DNA from: a virus
Lineage: Duplodnaviria; Caudoviricetes
Virus record (IMG/VR): IMGVR_UViG_3300000439_000009
Location: 1-64,000 of that record
Reading direction: 5' to 3' (one strand)
Length of the DNA: 64,000 bases
Shown: positions 36,722 to 44,760 of the stretch, one piece after another
Position numbering within the stretch: position 1 is the stretch's first letter
Layout of the letters: the number at the start of each line of letters is the position of its first letter
Position numbers and translations under genes: made by a program
The notes under the pieces: generated by a model
Database searches by the model: none
The model's input: only the letters and a program-made list of their open reading frames with translations
Told to the model about the DNA's origin: nothing

Positions 36722-37093
36722 TCAAGCACTTTCTACTAAAAGATATGGGATTCCATATTCTTTTAATACCTTCATTGAAGATTTTGTTCTAGCACAACCC
36801 GTTGAAAATATAATTGCATACTCTAAGCCCGATTCAATCACAGCCATATCATTGATGACTGGAGACTTCCCACGATGCAATTCTTCTTTTAATTTAAAAT
36901 TCTTTTGTTTTAAAAACTTTTCAGTTTTTCCCACATATTCCGTGATCATATTTTCTGCACCCTTTAGCCCAGTATGGACTAATAAAATGTTATCATGACC
37001 TAGCTCATGCGCTTCTTGAATGAATACGGTCATATTGCGTATAAGATCTGAGTAATCTGTCCAGTCTTTACTGCCGAATATTCCAACCTTCAT
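36722..37093 (-). CDS. SLOG/YspA-like (DUF2493) protein
   Basis: MKVGIFGSKDWTDY...LVHTG.KGAE. Confidence 0.6.
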   Translation of the reverse strand: MKVGIFGSKDWTDYSDLIRNMTVFIQEAHELGHDNILLVHTGLKGAENMITEYVGKTEKFLKQKNFKLKEELHRGKSPVINDMAVIESGLEYAIIFSTGCARTKSSMKVLKEYGIPYLLVESA

Positions 37094-37158
37094 TTTTCTC
37101 CTTTAGAAATAAAACAGCGGAGGTTTTAATCCCCGCTGTTATATAGTTTTAAATAAGA

Positions 37159-37905
37159 TTAAAGCTTACCGTTAATTCTTGGTGCGAATGCTCCGCCCCA
37201 AACAGATTTCTTCATCTCTTTTGCTTCATCTTCCTTAGATTCTGAAGCCTCTTCTTCTGCAGACTCTTCTTCGTCTGCTGCCTTAGCAATGCTATCAAAT
37301 CCTGCTGCTTCATGGTTTGGAGCAGTTTCTGCTGATACTACTGAAGCACCATCTACTGTCTTTTCCATTGGCATTGACTGACCACAATGTGGGCACTTCT
37401 CTGCTGCTGCTTTGGACATACCATCGCACATGCACATAGTCATAGCCTTGCCACAATCTGGGCAATTTGCTGCCTTCTCCATAGGTTCTGTTGTCTCGCC
37501 CTTAGAAGGAGCTTCCTCTGTTGTATTTGCAGTTGTACCTACATGAGTTGTAGGGATCTCTGCTGACTTTGTAATTGCAATTGCACTCTGAGCATCTGGC
37601 TCTGTTGTAGCAGATGCTGGATTAGCATAAGAATTCTCTGTTGTTGTTGATGCGTTAACATCTAGTGTCTTTTCTGTCATTTTTGTTTCACCGCCATTCG
37701 TAAATAAATTTGAGCTAAACATTGATGCAATATCTACATTTTCTGATACCACATGTTGCTTAACATAATGTTCTAAATGGTTATCGCTAACCTCTTGATG
37801 CTGACTGCTTGATGAGGAAAATGGAGAAACAACGCCAGGGTCTGGCTTCCACGACTTTAAAATTTCTGCAGTTAATTTTACTACTTTATCGTAGACGCTC
37901 TCCAT
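37159..37905 (-). CDS. Low-complexity protein, probable internal head protein
   Basis: Repeated [IM]xK[AS] motifs, CxxC pairs, acidic tract, C-terminal SVWGGAF. Confidence 0.5.
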   Translation of the reverse strand: MESVYDKVVKLTAEILKSWKPDPGVVSPFSSSSSQHQEVSDNHLEHYVKQHVVSENVDIASMFSSNLFTNGGETKMTEKTLDVNASTTTENSYANPASATTEPDAQSAIAITKSAEIPTTHVGTTANTTEEAPSKGETTEPMEKAANCPDCGKAMTMCMCDGMSKAAAEKCPHCGQSMPMEKTVDGASVVSAETAPNHEAAGFDSIAKAADEEESAEEEASESKEDEAKEMKKSVWGGAFAPRINGKL

Positions 37906-37919
37906 TATTCCCCCTTAAA

Positions 37920-38177
37920 TTAGTTAGCTGTTGGGCGTGTTGCGTTGTTTACGCTACCCTGCTCTGTTGATACGATTGGGCCACCGAATGCTGCACCTGT
38001 AGTCATTGACTCGTTTGCGCCTGTAAGTGGGCTCTGAACTGAAGCTCCTGCCATTGTCTTTGGCTCGTTAACTCCAAGATTTGTTACTGAAGCTGAAGCA
38101 CCGTGATCTGGAGCTGTTGCTGCTGTTACCTCTGGCTTGCCTGCTGCCTGAGATGGGGTCTGCTGATTGTTATCCAT
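37920..38177 (-). CDS. Low-complexity hypothetical protein
   Basis: GGAGGT RBS. Confidence 0.6.
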   Translation of the reverse strand: MDNNQQTPSQAAGKPEVTAATAPDHGASASVTNLGVNEPKTMAGASVQSPLTGANESMTTGAAFGGPIVSTEQGSVNNATRPTAN

Positions 38178-38223
38178 ATTTCACCTCCATAGTGATTGTG
38201 TTTATATTATATCGTATAAGTGA

Positions 38224-38526
38224 TTAATTTGGGAATGGAAAATCTAAATCGTTATCTTCCATCCACCTTATACCTTTTTCTGTGGCTTTAAACCTTGCGT
38301 TTAGGTCTTCATCATAGTCAATTTCAACAAATCCCTCTTGATAAAGGACCATCAAATCGCTATCAATGTCTGCCATGATTTCTGTATAAAGCTCTGGCAT
38401 GACTACCTTTAGCTTTTCTAAATCGAACTTAAAGATGGCCTCTCCAAATTCGTCCATACCATCCCAAATTAAGGCTTTTTTCTCTTCAAGCCATCCAATA
38501 ATTTCATCATCGCTTTTATCAAACAT
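38224..38526 (-). CDS. Acidic hypothetical protein
   Basis: Probable leaderless start MFDKS. Confidence 0.55.
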   Translation of the reverse strand: MFDKSDDEIIGWLEEKKALIWDGMDEFGEAIFKFDLEKLKVVMPELYTEIMADIDSDLMVLYQEGFVEIDYDEDLNARFKATEKGIRWMEDNDLDFPFPN

Positions 38527-38530
38527 AATA

Positions 38531-39418
38531 TTATTGTACAGCCTTTGCAATATTAATAGCAAGCACATTCTGTTTTACCATAATATTTGTATAATTTGTT
38601 CCAGTAGATTTAATTAGGGCATACTCGTTTGCATAAGATAGGTTTTTAGCATTAAGAATCTTAAGCCATCCCGTCCCAAAAGTTGCTACGGATAAGGATG
38701 TGCCGTAGTCTGATTTATACTGATTGCCTGGAACTGCTACAGTTAGACTTCCTGGAGAAGCAAAATCTACTCTAGAAGAATAGTTGGCATAGAGTGCAAG
38801 GCGACCTTTATCATCTATTGAACTAATTGCTAGCACTCCTGGCAGACATGCTGGATTATCAATGTTAGTATAGTTAAAGTCATTACCAGTTGGGAAGATT
38901 ACAGCAATTCCCAATGCCGTCAACTTGTTAATCGGAGTTGCATATCCTGCTGCAATATTGCAAGATGGTGACAATGAACCTAATGGTGAAACAACTGCGC
39001 CAATATTAAACTTATCTTTATTTAGATATACCCAGTTTAACGCTGTTGTCAACATATCAGGATTGCATCCGATATAGCCATTTGTTCCGATTAATGAAGC
39101 ACAACGAATTTCAATAATCTTTACGCTTGAATCAGTTTGTGTTGCAGCGGATGCAACCTCTGTTCCATGATTCCATGATGCATTTGTATACATTGCTGGA
39201 GTTACTGTTGCTGCTCCAGTTCCCTCCATAAAGTTTTGTTTATTAGGGCAACCATTATATCCAGATACACATACTTCATAAATAATATTATTTTTAATTG
39301 CTGGGTGCTGAATATCAACACCATTATCAATAATTACTAAAACCTTTGGTGTGGCAGCGTGGACTGGGACTGAAATGGCAGCAAACAATACAGCCAAAAT
39401 TGTAATTAACTTTTTCAT
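38531..39418 (-). CDS. Secreted subtilisin-like serine peptidase (S8)
   Basis: Signal peptide (VHA-A); IIDNG, NHGT, GND, GTS catalytic motifs. Confidence 0.88.
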   Translation of the reverse strand: MKKLITILAVLFAAISVPVHAATPKVLVIIDNGVDIQHPAIKNNIIYEVCVSGYNGCPNKQNFMEGTGAATVTPAMYTNASWNHGTEVASAATQTDSSVKIIEIRCASLIGTNGYIGCNPDMLTTALNWVYLNKDKFNIGAVVSPLGSLSPSCNIAAGYATPINKLTALGIAVIFPTGNDFNYTNIDNPACLPGVLAISSIDDKGRLALYANYSSRVDFASPGSLTVAVPGNQYKSDYGTSLSVATFGTGWLKILNAKNLSYANEYALIKSTGTNYTNIMVKQNVLAINIAKAVQ

Positions 39419-39479
39419 TATATTCTTTTCTCTAGTAGTTATAGGTATATTATACAGTTAGAAAATAACCGTGTCAATG

Positions 39480-39923
39480 TTAAACGACTGTTTTTTTAAT
39501 TGTGCTGGAAAGCTGCCAGTTCCACTTTTGATGTGCTGACTCTCTGATCTCAAGATCACTAGCAATACCAATTTGTCCCACTGCTTCTGCAGCAGCATGG
39601 GCAACACGAATATCGTTAATCAAAACTTCATTAGACATTAAGAAGCTTTCGATTTGGTCCAATGCATTGTTTCCAAAATAAATTGATGATATGTTTCTAT
39701 TTTCCATAAATTGCTCTAACATATGCGGGGCGGGAGTGTTAAGTTTTCTTAACATTTCTGAAACATCGTCAATAGACTCATACACATCTTCGTAAATTTC
39801 TAAGAACTTAAGATGAATTTCTGGGAAAAGCATACCTTCAACATTCCAATGATACCCATGAATTTGAAAATAAGCAGTTACTATATCTGCTTGTAGTTTT
39901 TTTAATGCCTCTACTAAATCCAT
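39480..39923 (-). CDS. dps: Dps/ferritin-like DNA protection protein
   Basis: HGYHWNVEG..F..IH..F..IYE....ID...E. Confidence 0.9.
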   Translation of the reverse strand: MDLVEALKKLQADIVTAYFQIHGYHWNVEGMLFPEIHLKFLEIYEDVYESIDDVSEMLRKLNTPAPHMLEQFMENRNISSIYFGNNALDQIESFLMSNEVLINDIRVAHAAAEAVGQIGIASDLEIRESAHQKWNWQLSSTIKKTVV

Positions 39924-40120
39924 TACTTTAATTTCTCCTTAATCCAAATCCACAAATGCTCGTGCCAGTAATAAAGTGCTGTTTCAAATAACATTTCGGC
40001 GGAAGCCAATTTTAATCCTACTGTCCAGTCACTAGTAATAATTGTACCAAGAATTGACACCATTGAAAAATGGAACAAATACCAGCTTAGGGTTTTAAGT
40101 AAGATTATCTTATTTTTCAC
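39923..40120 (-). CDS. DUF2061-like membrane protein
   Basis: KTLSW...LYYWHE.LW. Confidence 0.65.
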   Translation of the reverse strand: MKNKIILLKTLSWYLFHFSMVSILGTIITSDWTVGLKLASAEMLFETALYYWHEHLWIWIKEKLK

Positions 40121-40260
40121 TTTGTTTTTGCGTATCCAGTCTTCTTTTTGTTCATAGATCCTGGAAGCTTGCCTCCTGGACCCTTATGGTTTTTCTGTCT
40201 AATTTCTAATGCTTTTTTAATTTTCTCAGTATTGCTTGGCATGATTCTCCTATTATATCA

Positions 40261-40488
40261 TTAATTGCTAGATTGAGAGGGCTTGTTGTTGATATATTCT
40301 CTCTCATCAATAATTTCATATGCTTGATTGTTTAACTTATCTTGATTCTTAACGTAATGATGTCCACAAAACATCAACTCCCCGCTAATTAATCTAACCA
40401 TTACAAAAGCTTGTGACCCACATGCATCACATCTATCAATTACTTTTAATACACGATCTGCTTTTTCTTGTGTCATAGTCATACTCAT
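40261..40488 (-). CDS. Actinobacterial-type small Zn-binding protein
   Basis: DRCDACGSQAFV...GELMFCGHH. Confidence 0.65.
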   Translation of the reverse strand: MSMTMTQEKADRVLKVIDRCDACGSQAFVMVRLISGELMFCGHHYVKNQDKLNNQAYEIIDEREYINNKPSQSSN

Positions 40489-40524
40489 AGTATATCCTTT
40501 TATGTTAGTAGTTACAAGTTTTAG

Positions 40525-40597
40525 TGTCCCCAGCAGGTTTCGATCCTGCGACCCGTTGCTTAAAAGGCAACTGCTCTACCAACTGAGCTATAGGGAC
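40525..40597 (-). tRNA. tRNA-Lys(UUU)
   Basis: Cloverleaf; GTTGC-ctTTTaa-GCAAC. Confidence 0.9.
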
Positions 40598-40598
40598 A

Positions 40599-40674
40599 TG
40601 GTACCCCAAGTTGGATTCGAACCAACGCTGTATGGATTTTAAGTCCACTATCTCTACCACTGGATTACTGGGGC
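40599..40674 (-). tRNA. tRNA-Leu(UAA), short variable arm, CCA encoded
   Basis: GTGGA-ctTAAaa-TCCAT. Confidence 0.9.
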
Positions 40675-40678
40675 TAAG

Positions 40679-40751
40679 CCCCCTCGGCACGATTCGAACG
40701 TGCGACGCAGGCCTTAGAAGAGCCTCGCTCTATCCTCTGAGCTACGAAGGG
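40679..40751 (-). tRNA. tRNA-Arg(UCU)
   Basis: AGGCT-ctTCTaa-GGCCT. Confidence 0.9.
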
Positions 40752-40758
40752 AAACCTA

Positions 40759-41283
40759 TTAAAGTGTTGCGCCACCAATTGGTCGTGCACACGCTGTCTT
40801 TTCACCAGTTTGCAATGCATCTAGAATACGCAATGTTTCTTCTGGATTACGTCCTGTGTCAAGATTATTAATTGTTACATGCTGAATAACATCATTATCA
40901 TCAACAATAAATGTCGCACGAAGTGCTACTCCGCCAGATGTTAAAATGTTTAACTGCTTTGCCAAGCCAAGTTCAAGATTCTGATCTGCAAACATAGTTG
41001 ATCTAATATTAGTTAATTGTGGGTCAGCTTGCTTCCATGCAATCTTAACATATTCATTATCAACTGATCCAATTAAAAGCTTTGCATTTCTTAAGCCAAA
41101 CTGTTCATGCAAAGAATCATAGCCAACAATTTCTGTTGGGCAAACAAATGTGAAGTCTTTTGGATAAAAAACAATAACTTTCCATTTGCGTCCAAATGTA
41201 TTGTTAGTTATTTCAAAAAAAGAATTATCTGCTCTGACTCCAGTAATCTTAAAGTCAGGCAACTTATTTCCTACTGTGTACAT
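40759..41283 (-). CDS. ahpC: Peroxiredoxin AhpC
   Basis: FYPKDFTFVCPTEI, ALRATFIVD, GRNPEETLRILDALQ; true start MYTVG after GGAG RBS. Confidence 0.93.
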   Translation of the reverse strand: MYTVGNKLPDFKITGVRADNSFFEITNNTFGRKWKVIVFYPKDFTFVCPTEIVGYDSLHEQFGLRNAKLLIGSVDNEYVKIAWKQADPQLTNIRSTMFADQNLELGLAKQLNILTSGGVALRATFIVDDNDVIQHVTINNLDTGRNPEETLRILDALQTGEKTACARPIGGATL

Positions 41284-41315
41284 ACTACTCCTTATATAAG
41301 AAGGCTTGCGCCTTG

Positions 41316-41389
41316 CGATCTCAACGGGACTTGAACCCGCAACCTCCACCGTGACAGGGTGGCGATCTAACCAATTGATCTATGAGATC
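41316..41389 (-). tRNA. tRNA-Asp(GUC), cluster copy
   Basis: CCACC-ctGTCac-GGTGG. Confidence 0.92.
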
Positions 41390-41393
41390 CTAG

Positions 41394-41467
41394 TGGAACA
41401 GGTCAGACTTGAACTGACGATTACCGAATTATGAGTTCGGGGCTTTGACCAACTAAGCTACTGTTCC
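41394..41467 (-). tRNA. tRNA-CAU (Ile2 or elongator Met)
   Basis: CCGAA-ctCATaa-TTCGG; paired 1-72, so not initiator. Confidence 0.85.
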
Positions 41468-41468
41468 T

Positions 41469-41545
41469 TGGTAGAATGTTTGCGAATTGAACGCAACTCT
41501 AGGGAGGATATAAGCCACCATCTGACCACCAGCCAGCCACATTCC
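41469..41545 (-). tRNA. Atypical tRNA-Ile(UAU)
   Basis: Acceptor GGAATGT/ACATTCT-A-CCA; T-arm TTGCG-TTCAATT-CGCAA; anticodon arm GGTGG-ctTATat-CCTCC with a U-U mismatch. Confidence 0.6.
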
Positions 41546-41546
41546 G

Positions 41547-41619
41547 CTGGGGAAACAGGGCTCGAACCTGTGACCTAGGCATTAACAGTGCCCCGCTCTG
41601 CCGACTGAGCTATTCCCCA
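41547..41619 (-). tRNA. tRNA-Asn(GUU)
   Basis: GGGCA-ctGTTaa-TGCCT. Confidence 0.9.
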
Positions 41620-41623
41620 AAAA

Positions 41624-42211
41624 TTAAAATGGAACTTTTTCCATTATTGATTCGTCTATTTCACAAACAATGTTTATTACTACTGAAGATCTAAAATCAG
41701 ATTCTTTTGGATATTCCCAATTGTGAAAAATATCTCCATCAAAAAATAAAGCATACCCAGCTTTTGGTTCAAAAGATTTGAACAATGTTAAACTGTTTGG
41801 ATCAACTTCTTCTCCAGTATATCTTTTATCGTAAAGGTTTGTATTTCCTTCAGAATCATTAACATAATACACGAAAGTGTAATGTTTTTCAACTCTTCTT
41901 AAATCTACGTGAGGATCCATAGGTCTTTGTTCTTTAGATCTAAATGTAAGATTTCCTCTTTGCCTAAGTATTTTTTTAATTTTTACATTATTTTTTTCTG
42001 CAAATTTATTAATTAAAAAGGTAGCAAAATTTAAATCAAGAAAATCAACAACCATTATTCCATTATCAGAAAAATTATTGCTAGTTAAACCAACAACATT
42101 ATCTTTAGCTGCGCCTATTGATTCTATGAATCTATATTTTTGAGAAAATAAAAAATTTCTTGCATATATAACTTCTTCTTCTGTTAAAAAGTTATTTACA
42201 TAAAGATACAT
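41624..42211 (-). CDS. 2OG-Fe(II) oxygenase
   Basis: PHVD...FVYYVNDSEGNT...FDGDIFH...R. Confidence 0.8.
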   Translation of the reverse strand: MYLYVNNFLTEEEVIYARNFLFSQKYRFIESIGAAKDNVVGLTSNNFSDNGIMVVDFLDLNFATFLINKFAEKNNVKIKKILRQRGNLTFRSKEQRPMDPHVDLRRVEKHYTFVYYVNDSEGNTNLYDKRYTGEEVDPNSLTLFKSFEPKAGYALFFDGDIFHNWEYPKESDFRSSVVINIVCEIDESIMEKVPF

Positions 42212-42230
42212 TTTGTTCCTTTAATTAAAG

Positions 42231-42348
42231 GTACGGTAAGCAAATTTCCTAACTGCATGAATGACCCAGATCCACCACGAATCCCATACCAGGTCTCATG
42301 TATGTAATATGTAACTATTCCATCCTAAGAAAGTGTTGCTTACCGTAC
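42231..42348 (-). ncRNA. Candidate 118-nt structured RNA
   Basis: Perfect 13-bp closing stem GTACGGTAAGCAA/TTGCTTACCGTAC with nested stems; TTGACA-18-TATAAT (42385-42356) places +1 at the stem base. Confidence 0.6.
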
Positions 42349-42385
42349 TATGTATATTATACTAGGTGGTTATTTATTATGTCAA

Positions 42386-42802
42386 CTATTTGATTTTGAT
42401 TTGCTTTGGTTTTTTTGCTTCTGGTACTTCTCTTTCAAGCATAATACAAAGCATTCCATTTTCAACTTCTGCACTCTTGACTTCGATATATTCAGCTAAT
42501 GAAAATGTGCGGGTAAATTTACGTGTTGCAATCCCCTTGTGAATAAACTTATCTTCTTTATCTGTTTCAATATCTCCTTTTACAGTAAGAGTTTGATCTT
42601 CTACAGATACGGATAGGTCATCTTTTGAGAATCCCGCCACCGCTATATCAATACAGAAGTTATCATCATCAATTTTAATGATGTTAAATGGTGGGTATGA
42701 TTGATTAATTGCGTTTTGATGAACTTGATTCATCTGTGCTATTTGGCGATTGTAGCCAATAAAAAAAGGATCATTAAAAAGATCCCATAGGTTGTTTGTC
42801 AT
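42386..42802 (-). CDS. Small heat-shock protein Hsp20/IbpA
   Basis: SYPPFNII, AVAGF, HKGIATRKFTRTF, NGML. Confidence 0.92.
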   Translation of the reverse strand: MTNNLWDLFNDPFFIGYNRQIAQMNQVHQNAINQSYPPFNIIKIDDDNFCIDIAVAGFSKDDLSVSVEDQTLTVKGDIETDKEDKFIHKGIATRKFTRTFSLAEYIEVKSAEVENGMLCIMLEREVPEAKKPKQIKIK

Positions 42803-42888
42803 AATTTGCTCCTTTTAAGCGAGTTATTTAAATTCAGGCCCCCATAGGCAACCTGTATATACATTATATCAAACTGTTAGAGTTATTG

Positions 42889-43941
42889 TCAAATAGTTGT
42901 GTTATTAGAAGATCTGTTCCCGTACCCCACAGATGGCTTGCCATCATTTTCATATGTCGCTCTTGACGGGAAATAGTATCTTGCATCTTGATCCTGTGAA
43001 TTAAAATCAGGACCCATTTGACCTTTATTAGATGGAACAAATACACCAGACCAAATTGATTCGCCCTTTTCCATCTTATTTTCTCTTTCAACAATTGCAC
43101 GAGACCATGCAAATCCTGCATCTCCGCCCCATGCGTACCACATAACTTTACCATGTGAAGGCTTATCCCACTCTTTACCCTGCTTGTCAACTTCATGGCG
43201 TGAGAAGAATGAATACATACGCTTTACAGTATCAAGACTTAAAGACTCTCCATTAACAATTTGACGGGCTCTGCCCCAACCTACGGCTGTACCAGCTCCA
43301 GTTGCCTTGCCATCTTCTTTCCATTTAATTGCTTTGTGTGCTGCAGCCTTCATACCTGCATTTGGCTTATAGCCAGAATCTGATTTCTTTACTTCTTTAG
43401 GAATGCAATCTGGAACAGTTTTACCATTCTTTTCTTTTGTACCCGCATACTCATAACCATCCCAGCAAGGACCTTGACCCTTGGTCATGCAACTTAAACA
43501 TTTTTCTTCATCAGAAATATAATGATGATCATTTCCTAAATCATCACATCCGCATGTCATACATTTATTCACTACGTTATTCTCCTTATATTCCTCTGGA
43601 GTTTTAGTTGTCCTAACTTCATCGCTGAGTAGGTCTATTTTGGGGTTATCTAGGCCTTTGAGAGCCTCTTCTGCTTCTGCCCTAGTCAAGTAGCAGCCTA
43701 TTGATTGACCCGTTCCAGACTTCATTATAGCATATCCATGCTGACAATCTGGAGTATTAAATTCAATTGACCAGCCGTCTCCACCTGTAAATATCATTTT
43801 CTTTACATCTGGCACGTTTGTATATAAAGCACCTAATTGTGCCTGGGCCTGGGCTTTAGACGGATGTGTTCCAACAACCTTACCAGTAGCAGTAACTACT
43901 ACTTGATACTTGTTACCTTCACGTCTGATATTATATGGCAT
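42889..43941 (-). CDS. Mosaic head-associated protein
   Basis: Modules GTHPSKAQAQAQL, CWDGY...VPDC, GTAVGWGRARQ...TVKRMYSFFSRH...AWGGDAG, which I recall from phage head proteins. Confidence 0.55.
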   Translation of the reverse strand: MPYNIRREGNKYQVVVTATGKVVGTHPSKAQAQAQLGALYTNVPDVKKMIFTGGDGWSIEFNTPDCQHGYAIMKSGTGQSIGCYLTRAEAEEALKGLDNPKIDLLSDEVRTTKTPEEYKENNVVNKCMTCGCDDLGNDHHYISDEEKCLSCMTKGQGPCWDGYEYAGTKEKNGKTVPDCIPKEVKKSDSGYKPNAGMKAAAHKAIKWKEDGKATGAGTAVGWGRARQIVNGESLSLDTVKRMYSFFSRHEVDKQGKEWDKPSHGKVMWYAWGGDAGFAWSRAIVERENKMEKGESIWSGVFVPSNKGQMGPDFNSQDQDARYYFPSRATYENDGKPSVGYGNRSSNNTTI

Positions 43942-43962
43942 ATGACAATTATACCGTATTTA

Positions 43963-44760
43963 CTATAATCCAGCCAATATTTCATCATCTGGAGTATCTG
44001 GGTTATTTTCTGTATAAAGAGCTTTAAGAGTCTTTTTATTTTCTACTCTTTGAACAGATTCTCCCATACCTATGACAAACATAATTGTTGGAATAATTAT
44101 ATCTATGGGTATATTAGGAAAGCTTTTATTTAAATAAATAATTAAAGCAGAAATATACCCAGATACTCGTGAGGGATGTTTTCTAAGATATTTAGATATT
44201 TTATGCAACATTAATCTCCTAATGAAGTTTTATTATCTACTGCTGAAAATGAAGCATTAATTTCATCTATGGTTAATTTACCATCATCCATAAATCCACG
44301 TGCTAAACCTTCAACAACTTTTGCTACACCTAAAGTTCCCGCCATAAAAACAGCTGTTAAAGTTTTAATTCCAAAAATGGAACCTGCCCCTATGACTGAA
44401 AGACCAGTTGCTGCAAATACTGCTAATATTCTCATAATGATATTATTAACACTTGCTATTACACCACTTCCAACTTGTTGTGGGATATCTGCAGGTGTTA
44501 ATGGCTTTGCTGCTATCGCTGCTGCTTCGGCTTTAATTTTATTTATTGCATATGTTGGTTCTAATTGAGACATATTTTTACTCCTTTCCCTTTGGATTTC
44601 TTAATCTAAATGTTGCAATCCACAAGAAGATAGAAATAAGAATTGCATCTCCAACAACTGTCTTTGCGGATCCCGTCAAAACTAGCCACGCAGAGAATAG
44701 ACCAACGAAAGTCCAAATCTGATTGGCTAGGTCTGACATTAAACCTTTAATTAGTTTCAT
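43963..44760 (-). CDS. Three small membrane proteins, holin candidates (43963..44211, 44211..44573, 44578..44760)
   Basis: Two hydrophobic helices each; near the endolysin. Confidence 0.5.

Noticed and set aside
41284-41349. N-terminal extension of AhpC
   Set aside because: Overlaps tRNA-Asp; the RBS supports a start at 41283.
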